Origin: Pseudobdellovibrionaceae bacterium
Lineage (GTDB): Bacteria > Bdellovibrionota > Bdellovibrionia > Bdellovibrionales > UBA1609
NCBI GenBank assembly: GCA_018663505.1
Contig: JABJQG010000065.1
Location: 3,315-67,314, forward strand
Direction: 5' to 3'
DNA length: 64,000 bases
A program made the translations under genes and the position numbers. Positions within the stretch are counted from its first letter, which is position 1. Every line of letters begins with the position of its first letter. This document shows, one piece after another, positions 18,872 through 29,899 of this stretch. Below the pieces are notes generated by a model, which saw nothing but the letters and a program-made list of their open reading frames with translations, was not told the DNA's origin and ran no database searches.

Positions 18872-20242
18872 ATTATACCTGTAATTATATCTGGAGGTAG
18901 TGGAACTCGACTCTGGCCAGCTTCCACACCTGAAAACCCAAAGCAATTTGCTCCTTTCCTTGAACAGAGTTTTTTTGATATGACGCTCAACCGACTGGAA
19001 TCTTTTGAGAATCCTTATGTAATCACAGTGTCTTCGATGAAACAACCTACAGAGAGATCTTGTGAAAATACTCGGCTATCACATGAAAACATAATATACG
19101 AACCATTTGGCAGAAATACGGCTCCAGCTATTGCTCTTTTGTGTAAAGTTTTAAAACAAAGGGGGCTTAAAGATGAGATTGTGGGCGTGTTTCCAGCAGA
19201 CCATTATATTGCAAATAAAGAACAGTTTGTTGACCAAGTCAGTCTGGCAGAGAAAGCTGCTAGTGGAAAAAAGATTGTAACATTTGGAATACGCCCTAGT
19301 TACCCAGCAACAGGCTATGGTTATATTCAGGCTGAGGGGAACAATGGCGATACTTTACATGTTAAAGAATTTAAAGAAAAACCAAATAAAGAAGTGGCTT
19401 CGTCATATATAAAGTCTGGTGATTACTATTGGAATTCTGGAATGTTTGTGTTTCAGGTCTCTTTTATGGTAGAGCAGTTCAAAACACATCTCCCTGAGCT
19501 TTGGAGTAGTATTGATGATCTTTTAGAAGACCATTCTAATTTGAATCAAATTTATAAAAATCTTGAGTCTGTGAGTATCGATTATGGTATTATGGAAACA
19601 AGTAATGATGTACTTTGTATACCTTGTGATTTTGGCTGGAATGATGTTGGAAGCTGGGAGGAAATGGCAAAGTTTGAAAATGTAAATCATGAGTCACAGT
19701 TGAAAAACTATGCTGAAATTTATGAAAAAGATAGCTCCAGAAATTTTGTTTATTCAAATGTAGAAAAAAAAATTGCCTTAATAAACGTACACAATTTAGT
19801 TATAGTTGATGCATTGGAGGGGCTATTAATTACCTCAAAAGGGAGGTCAGAAGAAGTAAAAAATGTTTTAACTGGCCCTCTCAAAAAAGTATTGTCAAAT
19901 CAAGATAATGAGTCTCTACGACCATGGGGACATTATGAAATACTTGACTCAAAAGAAAACTCAAAAGTGAAACGTATTTTTGTGAAACCAGGGGAGAGTA
20001 TTAGCTACCAATCTCACGAAAAAAGAGCTGAAAATTGGATAATCATTTCTGGGACACCCACCGTTGTTATTAATGATAAAGAGTATTTATTAAAGGCAGG
20101 AGATTCTATTCAAATACCGGTTAGAGCTAAGCATCGAATGAAAAACCTTGGAATGGATGAAGTTGAATTTGTTGAAGTACAAACAGGAAGCTATTTTGGC
20201 GAGGATGATATTACTCGTTATGAAGACAAGTACGGACGCTAA
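18872..20242 (+). CDS. manC: Mannose-1-phosphate guanylyltransferase / mannose-6-phosphate isomerase, probably initiating at ATT (or ATA)
   Basis: The track ORF starts at ATG 18980, but the same frame is open from 18872 and encodes IIPVIISGGSGTRLWPASTPENPKQF, the nucleotidyltransferase G-loop. An in-frame TAG lies at 18869-18871, and GGAGG at 18861-18865. A C-terminal cupin domain is present (QSHEKRAENWIIISG, EVQTGSYFGEDDITR). Confidence 0.8.
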   Translation: MIPVIISGGSGTRLWPASTPENPKQFAPFLEQSFFDMTLNRLESFENPYVITVSSMKQPTERSCENTRLSHENIIYEPFGRNTAPAIALLCKVLKQRGLKDEIVGVFPADHYIANKEQFVDQVSLAEKAASGKKIVTFGIRPSYPATGYGYIQAEGNNGDTLHVKEFKEKPNKEVASSYIKSGDYYWNSGMFVFQVSFMVEQFKTHLPELWSSIDDLLEDHSNLNQIYKNLESVSIDYGIMETSNDVLCIPCDFGWNDVGSWEEMAKFENVNHESQLKNYAEIYEKDSSRNFVYSNVEKKIALINVHNLVIVDALEGLLITSKGRSEEVKNVLTGPLKKVLSNQDNESLRPWGHYEILDSKENSKVKRIFVKPGESISYQSHEKRAENWIIISGTPTVVINDKEYLLKAGDSIQIPVRAKHRMKNLGMDEVEFVEVQTGSYFGEDDITRYEDKYGR

Positions 20243-20261
20243 ATATATCTGGATTTAATCT

Positions 20262-20645
20262 ATGAAGAAAAAATTAGTTACGAAAATTAGCGATGGACAC
20301 CAGAGGTTTGCACTCAGAGTTTTCTTGTTTATGTCTTTTTTGTTTGAAGATTTTAAAGACCGGGTAAAAGAGGGTCTTGAAAAGTTGAGAGATTATTTGG
20401 CTTATGAAAAAGAAGAAACTCGAGAAATGTTGGCTATTTATTTAAAATTTAATCAAGGTGAAGCGACAAAAGAAGAGTTAAGTAAAGCGCATAAGCAGTT
20501 TAGAGATGTCTTAAAGAATTTAGGACTTGGGTTTATGCTTGTTCTTCCATTTAGTCCGGTAACCTTACCCCTACTTGTGAAAGTAGGGGTAAAGCTAGGT
20601 ATTCAAGTATTACCTGACTTTTTTTATAGAGAAGATGAATCTTGA
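20262..20645 (+). CDS. Hypothetical protein (127 aa); the C-terminal hydrophobic PF/LP-rich segment is faintly LETM1-like
   Basis: ORF with an ATG start 19 nt after manC. I have no confident family assignment. Confidence 0.35.
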   Translation: MKKKLVTKISDGHQRFALRVFLFMSFLFEDFKDRVKEGLEKLRDYLAYEKEETREMLAIYLKFNQGEATKEELSKAHKQFRDVLKNLGLGFMLVLPFSPVTLPLLVKVGVKLGIQVLPDFFYREDES

Positions 20646-20648
20646 TGG

Positions 20649-21761
20649 CTAATTATTAAAGAAATTCTTAATTTCATTACAAATAGTTTCCATGTCTTGC
20701 TGTCCCATGTGTGGATATAGAGGCAGGCTCATGACCATCTTTGATAGTTTGAGAGAGGTGGTCATATCTAGGCTTCTTGATGCTGAAATATTGTTTTTAT
20801 ACACTGGTTGTTCAGGGAGAATCGCAGGGTAGTGTACAGCTGTGGGGATATCTTTTTCACTCAGGTAGCTTCTTAACTCATCCCTTTTCTCTGTTTTTAG
20901 GGTGAACTGCGCCCAGGCACTGGTTTTTCCCTCCGCTACATTGGGTAAAGAGAGTTGATCCTGTGGGATATCTGCTAAGTTTTTAAGGTAGAAATCGGCA
21001 ACTTTTTGCCGTCCTTTTAGATCGGCATCATAATGCTTGAGTCTCTCTACAAGGAATGAGCATGATAAGCTATCTAGTCTGCCATTTATGCCAATTCGGT
21101 GGTGGGCATACCTTTCTTCTGATCCATGGTTTCTAATGGAAACTAATAAATGAGCCAAGCGATCATCATTTGTAAACACGGCACCACCATCGCCAAATCC
21201 ACCTAAGGGCTTTGCTGGAAAAAAGCTGGTTGTTGCTAGTTCACTTAAGTTGCAACTTTTTATGTCATTTATGCTAGAACCAAAACTTTGAGCAGCATCT
21301 TCGATAACGTGAATATTATTCTGTTTGGCCCAGTTGTTTATTTCAGTCATATCAGAGGGTTGGCCAAATAAACTTACGGGGATAATGGCTTTAGTTTTGT
21401 CAGTAAATGCAGCTTTTGCAGCATCAGTGTTTATATTGAAATCATCAAAATTTACATCAACAAATACAGGGGTCGCACCTAGAACGCTAACGGCCTCTGA
21501 AGTAGCGTAGAAGGTAAAGGCAGGAACAATGACCTCGTCACCTGGTTTAATGTCTATGGCCATAAGTGCTAACTGAAGAGCGGTGGTGCCATTACTGCAG
21601 GCAATGGCATGCTTAGCTCCTGTATATTTAGAGAGAGCAGATTCTAATTCAGTAACTTCAGGACCCATAATGAACATTCCGTGGGAAAATACTTTTTCTA
21701 CCCGATCCATTATTTCTTTTTTTGAAATCTCGATGTGTGGTGCTAAGTCTAAAAATTTCAT
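20649..21761 (-). CDS. DegT/DnrJ/EryC1/StrS-family PLP-dependent sugar aminotransferase
   Basis: MKFLDLAPHIE..., GPEVTELESALSKYTGAKHAIACSNGTTALQLAL, FFPAKPLGGFGDGGAVFTND. ATG 21761 has AAGGAA upstream. Confidence 0.88.
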   Translation of the reverse strand: MKFLDLAPHIEISKKEIMDRVEKVFSHGMFIMGPEVTELESALSKYTGAKHAIACSNGTTALQLALMAIDIKPGDEVIVPAFTFYATSEAVSVLGATPVFVDVNFDDFNINTDAAKAAFTDKTKAIIPVSLFGQPSDMTEINNWAKQNNIHVIEDAAQSFGSSINDIKSCNLSELATTSFFPAKPLGGFGDGGAVFTNDDRLAHLLVSIRNHGSEERYAHHRIGINGRLDSLSCSFLVERLKHYDADLKGRQKVADFYLKNLADIPQDQLSLPNVAEGKTSAWAQFTLKTEKRDELRSYLSEKDIPTAVHYPAILPEQPVYKNNISASRSLDMTTSLKLSKMVMSLPLYPHMGQQDMETICNEIKNFFNN

Positions 21762-21933
21762 GGAAAGTTCCTTTATTATGTTGGCCCTCATTTTATAGTA
21801 GTGATATAAAATTCAGTTGTTTTAATTAGTGTATATACTTGGTATAACTTATAGAATTTTGCTGAGCAACTTGATAATAACTCGGCTAGCCTGAGATAGT
21901 GGTTTTCTATTTAATTATAAGGTTTGGACTATT

Positions 21934-23790
21934 ATGAAATTGACTAATGGTGGCATTATAACAGCTCTATATGATAAGGGCTTTTATATTAATAGGAGTT
22001 TTGAGGAGCTGTGTTTAACACAGCCTGAAGATGTGAAGGCTGTGTATCAGTCCTATAAAGAAGCAGGATCTGAAATATTTTTTACCAATACTTTTAGTGC
22101 CAATAGACCTAAATTAGTAGAATTTGGCTTGCAGGACCGTTTGGAGAAAATTATTAGGTCTTCAGTGAGTTTGTTAAGATCTTTTCAAGAAGATGATTGT
22201 GAAGTTTATGGTTTGCTTGGTCCACTGGGAGTGATGATTGAGCCCCTAGGGAAGCTGTCCAAGGAAAAAGCTAGAGAATATTTTCATGAAATATTGAAAT
22301 TATTTGATGAGGAAAATGTTGATGGTTTTTGCCTTCAGGGTTTTCATGATTTGTCAGAGCTTGTCACAGCCCTCCAGGCGTGTGCAGAGGTTAATGCAAA
22401 AAAGAAAGTCACTGTGTTATTTTCAGTGCAGGAAAACATGAGGTCATCTTTTGGTCATTCTTTGGAGGAACTTTTGGAGCATGCTGTGGAGTTTGCTCAA
22501 GTGGATACGGTAGGGATATGTGGAGAAGTAGGACCAAGTGGAGCCTTAACAGCTTTAGAAATTATGAGGCCACTAACAACTTTGAACATTGCTATTTTAC
22601 CAGATGCTGGATTACCAAGATATGTCAATGACCAGTATATCTATATGACCAACCCAGATTATATGGCTAAATTTGCCAAGAGGTTTATTCAGGGTGGTGC
22701 AGATATTGTTGGAGGAGGTGCGGGGGTGCACTCTCAGCATATTAAGGCCATGAATAATTCCATTAGAATGTTAAATGTGTCTGAAGTTGCAACGACCAGT
22801 GGTGACAAGACCATCAAGCATATTATTCCTCATGGTGTATATATTGAACCGTCTTCAGAAGTTAAAGCTAATGTGCCATTGAAGCAGAGAAATTCTTTGG
22901 GAGCTAAACTAGTAAGTGGTGAAAAAATTATTACTGTGGAGGTCATGCCACCTAAAGGTATTGATTTTGCCAAATTTCATGAACATTGTGAAGAGTTAGA
23001 AGCTGCGGAAGTGGATTTTATAAATATACCTGATGGAGCAAGAGCCATTGCACGAATGAGCTCTTTGCAAATGGCCGCTTACATTAAAAATAATTTTAAA
23101 AATCTAGAACCGATTCCACATGTTACTACTAGAGATAGAAACCTATTAGGCCTGCAGGGAGACTTACTCGGATCACATATTAATGGCGTAAGAAATCTAT
23201 TGCTGGTTACAGGAGACCCACCAAAACTTGGGAACTGCCCTGGTGCCACAGGTGTGTATGATGTGGATGCCATTGGCTTAACCCATATTGCTTCGAGGTT
23301 TAATCAGGGACTTGGTCTTGGCGGTGCTCCCTTTGGTAATCCCACTGATTTTGTCATTGGGGTTGCTTTAAACCCAACTACTTCCAATCGAGAATTAGAG
23401 ATTCAGAGGTTCAAATATAAAATTGAGGCTGGAGCTAGGTATGCTATTACCCAGCCAATATACTCTGTAGAAGCCTATGAATCTTTTATGGAGGAGTTGG
23501 GGCCTGTAAACATTCCAATAATTATGGGGATATGGCCCTTGGTGAGCTTAAGAAATGCTGAGTTTTTAAGGAATGAGGTCCCAGGAGTTGTAGTCCCCAA
23601 AGATGTGATTCAGAAGATGGAGCAAGCCGGAGATGATAAGCTAAAAGCCACCCAAGTTGGTATGGACATAGCTATGGATGTGATGGATAAAGCTTACAAT
23701 CATGTTGCAGGGTTTCAGATTAGTGCCCCATTTAATAAGGTGAAACTTGCTGTGGATGTTATTAATGGTGTTGGATTAAAAGGAAAATAA
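21934..23790 (+). CDS. metF: Fusion protein: homocysteine-S-methyltransferase-like domain (degenerate) + 5,10-methylenetetrahydrofolate reductase
   Basis: The N-terminal ~280 aa align with the MetH Hcy domain. The C-terminal ~300 aa are MTHFR-like ([20 protein letters not shown]). Confidence 0.8.
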   Translation: MKLTNGGIITALYDKGFYINRSFEELCLTQPEDVKAVYQSYKEAGSEIFFTNTFSANRPKLVEFGLQDRLEKIIRSSVSLLRSFQEDDCEVYGLLGPLGVMIEPLGKLSKEKAREYFHEILKLFDEENVDGFCLQGFHDLSELVTALQACAEVNAKKKVTVLFSVQENMRSSFGHSLEELLEHAVEFAQVDTVGICGEVGPSGALTALEIMRPLTTLNIAILPDAGLPRYVNDQYIYMTNPDYMAKFAKRFIQGGADIVGGGAGVHSQHIKAMNNSIRMLNVSEVATTSGDKTIKHIIPHGVYIEPSSEVKANVPLKQRNSLGAKLVSGEKIITVEVMPPKGIDFAKFHEHCEELEAAEVDFINIPDGARAIARMSSLQMAAYIKNNFKNLEPIPHVTTRDRNLLGLQGDLLGSHINGVRNLLLVTGDPPKLGNCPGATGVYDVDAIGLTHIASRFNQGLGLGGAPFGNPTDFVIGVALNPTTSNRELEIQRFKYKIEAGARYAITQPIYSVEAYESFMEELGPVNIPIIMGIWPLVSLRNAEFLRNEVPGVVVPKDVIQKMEQAGDDKLKATQVGMDIAMDVMDKAYNHVAGFQISAPFNKVKLAVDVINGVGLKGK

Positions 23791-26700
23791 TGAAAACAAA
23801 AAATCATATTAAGTTAGAAAAACTTTTGGAAAAAAGAATTGTGTTTTTAGATGGTGCCATGGGCACTATGATTCAGAAACATAAGCTAGGTGAAGCTGAT
23901 TTTCGCGGAGAAAGATTTCAATCACACGATAAAGACTTAATGGGTAATAATGATCTTTTAAGTTTCACGCGTCCAGAAATTATTAAAGATATTCACCGTC
24001 AATATTTTGAAGCTGGATCTGATATTGTTGAAACTAACACTTTTAGTTCTACGAGTATTTCTCAAAAGGATTATAATTTAGAATCTATAGCCTATGAGCT
24101 AAATAAAGTTTCTGCTGAGAACGCAGTGACTGTGGCCAAAGAAATGCAGCTTAAATACCCTGAGCGAGAATTTTTTGTTGCCGGGTCCATCGGGCCAACT
24201 AATCGAACGGCCTCAATTAGCCCCGAGGTGAACAGCCCAGACTTTAGAAATGTAAGCTTTGATGAACTAGAAGCCTCATATAAGGAGCAGGTAGAAGGGC
24301 TTGTGGATGGTGGAGTTGATATACTTCTGGTAGAAACAATTTTTGATACTTTAAATGCCAAAGCAGCTTTATTTGCAGTGCAAAACTATTTTGAAGACAA
24401 TGACATAATTTTACCAGTGATGATCTCTGTGACAATTACAGATCAGTCTGGGAGAACTTTGTCGGGTCAGACAGTGGAGGCATTTTGGAACTCGGTAAGA
24501 CATGTAAAACCCATTTCTGTGGGAATAAATTGTGCACTTGGCGCAAAGGAAATGCGGCCTTTTATTAAAAATTTATCTGAAGTGGCTGATTGCTATTTGA
24601 GTTGCTACCCCAATGCTGGATTACCAAACCCATTAAGTGATACAGGCTATGATGAAACTCCTGAAATCACAGGTGACCTGGTTTCTGATTATGCTGAGTC
24701 GGGATTTTTAAATTTTGTTGGAGGTTGCTGTGGTACCACACCTCAACATATTGCAGCTATAGTTGAGAAAGCAAAAAAATGTAGTCCGAGACCTGTACCT
24801 GAGGTGACTCACTTAACTCGACTCAGTGGATTGGAAGCCCTAAACATCAGTGCTAAAAGTGACGAAAACCAATCTAATTTTGTTATGATTGGTGAGCGTA
24901 CCAATATGATGGGATCAAAGAAGTTTGCTCGTTTGATTAAAGAAGAAAAATTTGATGCGGCATTGGCAGTTGCTCAAGAGCAAGTGGAAAACGGAGCCAC
25001 TGTTATTGATATAAATTTTGATGAAGGTCTTATTGATTCAGTAGAATCTATGGGAAAATTTTTGCGACTAGTAGCTTCTGAGCCTGAAATTTCCAAGGTT
25101 CCCATAATGATAGATAGTTCAAAATGGGAAGTTTTATATGAAGGTTTAAAAAATGTACAAGGGAAATGTATTGTAAACTCAATTAGTCTTAAAGAAGGCG
25201 AAGTGGAGTTTATAAAAAAAGGAAACCTATTAAAGAAGATGGGTGCTGCTGTAGTGGTTATGGCTTTTGATGAACAAGGGCAAGCTGTGGCGAAAGATCA
25301 TAAAATCAAAATCTGCACAAGAGCTTATGACATTCTTGTGAATCATGTTGGTTTCCCGGCAGAAGATATTATTTTTGATCCCAATATTTTAACCATAGCC
25401 ACTGGTATTGAAGAACACAATAATTATGGTAAGGATTTTATTGATGCAATCAAAGAAATTAAAATCCAGTGTCCCTATGCTTTAACCTCTGGTGGGGTCT
25501 CCAATCTCTCTTTTTCTTTTCGAGGTAATAATACTGTCAGAGAGGCCATGCATTCTGTATTTTTGTATCATGCTGTTTCAAATGGACTTGATATGGGCAT
25601 TGTTAACGCTGGAATGTTAGAAGTTTATGATGATATTCAAATTGATTTAAAAAATAAAATTCAAGCGGCACTTCTGAATACTCATAGCGATGCAGCAGAG
25701 GAATTGATTGCATTAGCGGAAACATATCAAGGGCAGACTAAAGAATCTAAAGAGAAAGAGTATGATTGGCGTAATAAAACTGTGGAAGAAAGAATTTCTC
25801 ACTCCTTAGTAAAAGGGATAATGGACCATGTGGAGGTGGATATTATTGAAGCCTATGAGGCTATAAAAGACCCTTTAAAAGTTATTGAAGGTCCACTTAT
25901 GGACGGAATGAAAGTTGTGGGAGAACTTTTTGGTAGTGGTAAAATGTTTTTACCACAAGTTGTGAAAAGTGCTCGGGTGATGAAGAAGGCTGTGGCTATA
26001 CTTGATCCCTATATGGATGAGTTAAAAGTTTCTGGTATGAAAAAGGGAAAAATATTACTAGCAACGGTAAAGGGTGACGTTCATGATATTGGTAAAAATA
26101 TTGTGGGAGTTGTTTTGTCTTGTAATGGATATGAGATCATTGATCTCGGTGTTATGGTTTCTTGTGAAGAGATTTTAAAGCAGGCTCAGGAAAATAATGT
26201 AGACATTGTTGGGCTCAGCGGTTTAATAACTCCATCTTTAGATGAAATGATATACGTCGCTAAAGAAATGGAACGTTTGAATATCCAAAAACCTTTAGTT
26301 CTAGGGGGAGCCACCACTAGCAAGATTCATACTGCTGTGAAAATAGCCCCTTATTTTTCTGGTGTGGTTGACCATGTTAAAGATGCCTCTTTAGCTTCTC
26401 AGGCGTTTCATGAGATTTTGCACAAAGATACATCGATACAATATGCTAAGGATTTGAAAGACAATCAGATAAGGATAGCTGAGAAATTTGAGAAGAATAA
26501 AAAGGATCAGGTGATTCAATCCCTGGTTAAAGCTCGAGAGAAACAGATTAAAGTCACATTTGATAAAACCTTTAAACCAGATTTTTTAGGAACAAAAAAA
26601 TATATTGGTATTTCTTTGGATAGTCTTTTTCCATATATTGATTGGTCTCCGTTTTTTTGGGCATGGGAACTTAAGGGCATTTACCCGCAAATATTAAAAA

Positions 26701-27464
26701 ATGATCAATATGGTGTGCAAGCTGAAAAAATTTTTAAAGAAGCAAAAATGATGTTAAGCCAGGCGGTAAAAGAAAACCGACTAAGAGCCAATGCAACCAT
26801 GGGTTTTTGGCCAGCACAGGCTAGTGGAGACGATGTTCAATTGTTTCACCCAGATGATCAAAACAATAAGCTGAAGCAATTAAATTTTTTAAGACAACAA
26901 AAAGGGGATAAAAAAGAATACCTTTGTCTTTCTGATTTTGTGAATCCCTCTGAAATAGATTATATGGGGGCTTTTGTTGTGACTATTCAGGGGACCAAAG
27001 AGTGGGCTGGTGAATTTGAAGAAATTCAAGATGATTACAACTCCATCATGGTTAAAGTGCTTTCTGATCGATTAGCAGAGGCTCTTGCTGAAAAAATGCA
27101 TTATGAAGCACGTAAATCTTGGGGCTTTGGGTTGTCTGAAAGCCACTCTAATGCCGATTTGATTAAAGAAAAATATCAAGGTATTCGACCAGCTCCTGGT
27201 TACCCTGCCTGCCCTGATCACAGTGAAAAAAAGAAGCTTTGGGCTTTATTAGATGCAACTGAGAACACAGGTGCTGTGCTTGAAGACTCTTATGTGATGA
27301 GCCCGCCATCTACCGTGTGTGGATATTATTTTTCTCACCCTCAATCAAAATATTTTAATGTGGGTCCTGTGGGGAAAGATCAGGTAAATGAGTATACACA
27401 GCGCAAAGATATGACCACTGAGGAGTTTGAGAAGCTAAATCCTTTGAATTTATCTTATAAATAA
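23790..27464 (+). CDS. metH: Cobalamin-dependent methionine synthase
   Basis: 1224 aa with all modules: Hcy domain ([11 protein letters not shown]), pterin domain, B12 cap/binding ([11 protein letters not shown]) and AdoMet activation domain ([11 protein letters not shown]). The ATG overlaps the upstream TAA by 1 nt. Confidence 0.97.
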   Translation: MKTKNHIKLEKLLEKRIVFLDGAMGTMIQKHKLGEADFRGERFQSHDKDLMGNNDLLSFTRPEIIKDIHRQYFEAGSDIVETNTFSSTSISQKDYNLESIAYELNKVSAENAVTVAKEMQLKYPEREFFVAGSIGPTNRTASISPEVNSPDFRNVSFDELEASYKEQVEGLVDGGVDILLVETIFDTLNAKAALFAVQNYFEDNDIILPVMISVTITDQSGRTLSGQTVEAFWNSVRHVKPISVGINCALGAKEMRPFIKNLSEVADCYLSCYPNAGLPNPLSDTGYDETPEITGDLVSDYAESGFLNFVGGCCGTTPQHIAAIVEKAKKCSPRPVPEVTHLTRLSGLEALNISAKSDENQSNFVMIGERTNMMGSKKFARLIKEEKFDAALAVAQEQVENGATVIDINFDEGLIDSVESMGKFLRLVASEPEISKVPIMIDSSKWEVLYEGLKNVQGKCIVNSISLKEGEVEFIKKGNLLKKMGAAVVVMAFDEQGQAVAKDHKIKICTRAYDILVNHVGFPAEDIIFDPNILTIATGIEEHNNYGKDFIDAIKEIKIQCPYALTSGGVSNLSFSFRGNNTVREAMHSVFLYHAVSNGLDMGIVNAGMLEVYDDIQIDLKNKIQAALLNTHSDAAEELIALAETYQGQTKESKEKEYDWRNKTVEERISHSLVKGIMDHVEVDIIEAYEAIKDPLKVIEGPLMDGMKVVGELFGSGKMFLPQVVKSARVMKKAVAILDPYMDELKVSGMKKGKILLATVKGDVHDIGKNIVGVVLSCNGYEIIDLGVMVSCEEILKQAQENNVDIVGLSGLITPSLDEMIYVAKEMERLNIQKPLVLGGATTSKIHTAVKIAPYFSGVVDHVKDASLASQAFHEILHKDTSIQYAKDLKDNQIRIAEKFEKNKKDQVIQSLVKAREKQIKVTFDKTFKPDFLGTKKYIGISLDSLFPYIDWSPFFWAWELKGIYPQILKNDQYGVQAEKIFKEAKMMLSQAVKENRLRANATMGFWPAQASGDDVQLFHPDDQNNKLKQLNFLRQQKGDKKEYLCLSDFVNPSEIDYMGAFVVTIQGTKEWAGEFEEIQDDYNSIMVKVLSDRLAEALAEKMHYEARKSWGFGLSESHSNADLIKEKYQGIRPAPGYPACPDHSEKKKLWALLDATENTGAVLEDSYVMSPPSTVCGYYFSHPQSKYFNVGPVGKDQVNEYTQRKDMTTEEFEKLNPLNLSYK

Positions 27465-27606
27465 GGATATTGAAGGAGTTTCTGTTTCTTGTAAAAAGAT
27501 TAATTATTGATAAATCATTAATCTTTGCTGGGGCTCTATTAGTTGACATGTGTGACATTCCCTATTGAAATCATAGGTGACATATATTTACTTAAGGGTT
27601 GATAGC

Positions 27607-28527
27607 ATGAAACATAATATTTTTTATATCGCACTAGTTTTAAGTCTCTTTAGTTCGGAAAGTCTACTTGCCTCTGCAATTTGTGGGAAGTTAGAAAAGG
27701 TAAAAGGCAAGGTTGAGATTTTACGAGTAAAACTAGGACAGGAAAAAATAGATAATCCGGTTAGAACTATTACATTTGGTAAACGTAAAATGAAGCTTCG
27801 GTGTTCTGATGTTTTGTTAACAACAAAAGGGGCACGAGTAAAAGTAAGGCTAATAAATAAAGCTGTTATGAGCATGGGTCCTTTTAGTCGTATTTCCATT
27901 GCGGAATATGCTGTAAAATCGGGTGATGTTGATTTAATTAACTTAACTTACGGTAAGGTGAGAACTTTTTTTAAGAATAAAGAGGTTAATAAGAAAAAAA
28001 GAAATAAAAGTGATAAAGTGAACTTCAAAATTAAAACACCAGGAGCTGTTGTAGGTGTTCGAGGTACTGATTTTTATGTTAACTATGAACCCAATGCTAA
28101 GGTCACGGAGCAAGCCACTTTAAAAGGTACTGTTGAGGTTGAGCAGCTGGGCTCTGGACAAAAGGTTTTAGTGAACAAGGGAGAACAGGTTAATATTGAT
28201 AAGGTAGTAAGGACTCCTGTTGAGGAGCCAGAGATTCTCAAAGACCCGAACGAGAAGAGAGTGTTGCGATCTGGTGAACGTTTACCTTTGAAAAAGCTTC
28301 CTGTATTACCAGCAAAACAGTCACCAATAGTTCCTATTAAACCACTTGTTGTTCAAAAAATTGCAATGGCCGTTATCGAAGATATAAAAGAAACTTCGGC
28401 TATAGTCCAAGAAGACAAGCAGTTTGCTACAGAGGAGGCGGTTTCAATTATAGGAAAACCGGATTCTTGGAAAGTACCAGAATTACAAATTCCCGATGAT
28501 TTAGAAGACATAAAGCAGGAGTTCTAA
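27607..28527 (+). CDS. Secreted FecR-domain protein
   Basis: Signal peptide MKHNIFYIALVLSLFSSESLLASA. FecR-type motif KIKTPGAVVGVRGTDFYV. ATG 27607 has AAGGG upstream; the track start is GTG 27577. Confidence 0.7.
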   Translation: MKHNIFYIALVLSLFSSESLLASAICGKLEKVKGKVEILRVKLGQEKIDNPVRTITFGKRKMKLRCSDVLLTTKGARVKVRLINKAVMSMGPFSRISIAEYAVKSGDVDLINLTYGKVRTFFKNKEVNKKKRNKSDKVNFKIKTPGAVVGVRGTDFYVNYEPNAKVTEQATLKGTVEVEQLGSGQKVLVNKGEQVNIDKVVRTPVEEPEILKDPNEKRVLRSGERLPLKKLPVLPAKQSPIVPIKPLVVQKIAMAVIEDIKETSAIVQEDKQFATEEAVSIIGKPDSWKVPELQIPDDLEDIKQEF

Positions 28528-29778
28528 ATGAAGTATTTATTTTTAGTAATGATTCAGTTACTTGTCATTTCAGCAAACTCTGAAGAGCTAGATAATCAAG
28601 CAATGGTAGTAAAAAAATTTAGAGCTGTGGTTCAGTATGTGTCTGGAGAAGCTTTTGTTAAAACTGGTGATGTGATAAAGGCTATAAACTTCCGAGACAT
28701 AATATCTGAAGATTCAATAATAACAACCTCTCCTTCTGGATATATTAAGTTGATCACAGAAAAAAGGTGTGTAGCGGTTTTATATAATGGACAACTCAGT
28801 ATTCATAAAACTGAAGAAGATCAAGTGGAGTGGGTCCTGGATAAAGGGAGTTTGCGTTGGATTTGTAAAGCCAAGAGTGGCGAAGTTATTAAGCTTGCAG
28901 GCCAATATGTTCAAGTAGGGAATTTTGGTGAATTTCTATTTGCTAACAATAAGCTTGTGGTAACAACAGATAGCGTTTTGAGCTTTGGATTAACGAAGGA
29001 TAAAAAAAATAAGTTAGCACCTCTGAAGGGTTATGAGTTTAATGACAATTCTTGGGAAATTTCAGCTGACTTGGATGATAAATCAGAAGTCACTGCGTTT
29101 TTAAGCAAACTCAAACTACCAAAAGAAAGTTTCAAGTTTAAAAAATCAAAAAGTAAAATGACTTCTAGATGGGTTATGGGCCCTCAGTTGGGAAAAGGCA
29201 ATATGATCCACAACAATAAACTCGTTGAAATGGAAAGTGTGGATTTTAACGATGGGTTTAAAGCTCAGGTGAATTTTCTTTGGGGAGGTCGATCTGTTAT
29301 AGCTAGTTTAAATTATAAGGATGGTACTCTTCCTGGTGCTGATCCTGGTGGAGGTTCCTCTTCAGATCAAAATTTTAATGAAGCCAATCGTTTAAGAGTT
29401 GATATGGAATGGGCTGATGTTGGCCTGCGTTTATCCGATCACCAAAGAGATTGGAGCTTCTTTTGGAAAGTTGGTATAGGAAGCGCGCAACATGATATGC
29501 ATCCTCCGTATGGTGACACAAATTATTCGGAAAACTTATTTGTTGAATACACAATGTTGTCAGCAATTGTGGGAGTAGATAAGGAATTCACATTTTCCTT
29601 TTCTGATAAATTGGGCATATATGTGAGTGCCGAACTTCAGTTGATTGAAACGGTGAGTGGATCAGGGTCAATGACTAACCATGAAAGTTCTATTTTTCCA
29701 GAGGAATTGAAGCAGTTTGATGGAGGATTTACCTCTATTGGTCTTAATTTGTTCTTGGGGCCGGTGCTACGCTTTTAA
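28528..29778 (+). CDS. Secreted/outer-membrane protein of unknown function (FecR-like N-terminal region, possible C-terminal beta-barrel)
   Basis: Signal peptide present. It starts immediately after the preceding stop. The C-terminal residue is aromatic (…GPVLRF) and the C-terminal half has alternating hydrophobic residues. Confidence 0.45.
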   Translation: MKYLFLVMIQLLVISANSEELDNQAMVVKKFRAVVQYVSGEAFVKTGDVIKAINFRDIISEDSIITTSPSGYIKLITEKRCVAVLYNGQLSIHKTEEDQVEWVLDKGSLRWICKAKSGEVIKLAGQYVQVGNFGEFLFANNKLVVTTDSVLSFGLTKDKKNKLAPLKGYEFNDNSWEISADLDDKSEVTAFLSKLKLPKESFKFKKSKSKMTSRWVMGPQLGKGNMIHNNKLVEMESVDFNDGFKAQVNFLWGGRSVIASLNYKDGTLPGADPGGGSSSDQNFNEANRLRVDMEWADVGLRLSDHQRDWSFFWKVGIGSAQHDMHPPYGDTNYSENLFVEYTMLSAIVGVDKEFTFSFSDKLGIYVSAELQLIETVSGSGSMTNHESSIFPEELKQFDGGFTSIGLNLFLGPVLRF

Positions 29779-29899
29779 GAAGGATTACTCCCCCTGTTTG
29801 TGTGCTGAAAAAATTACAATCCTCTGTTTGAATTCCCAGTTTGTGCATAAACTGGGCTATATTCTCTCTAAATATATAAATATTTAGGGAGATTTAATC

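Noticed and set aside
18841-18900. A 19-codon ORF (MLDWYYLEALDYTCNYIWR) overlapping the manC 5' end, which could indicate a +1 frameshift start for manC.
   Set aside because: It has no ribosome-binding site, and the extra residues have no counterpart in ManC proteins. An ATT/ATA start behind GGAGG explains the data more simply.
21792-21933. A possible SAM or cobalamin riboswitch upstream of the metF-fusion/metH operon.
   Set aside because: The space is only about 140 nt. I could not find a B12-box or the conserved SAM-I/SAM-II helices by eye. A covariance-model scan would be needed to exclude it formally.
27496-27525. An AT-rich hairpin (AAGATTAAT-12 nt-ATTAATCTT) after metH as a possible terminator.
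   Set aside because: The stem is entirely A/T plus one G:C, the loop is large and there is no T-run, so it is too weak to call.
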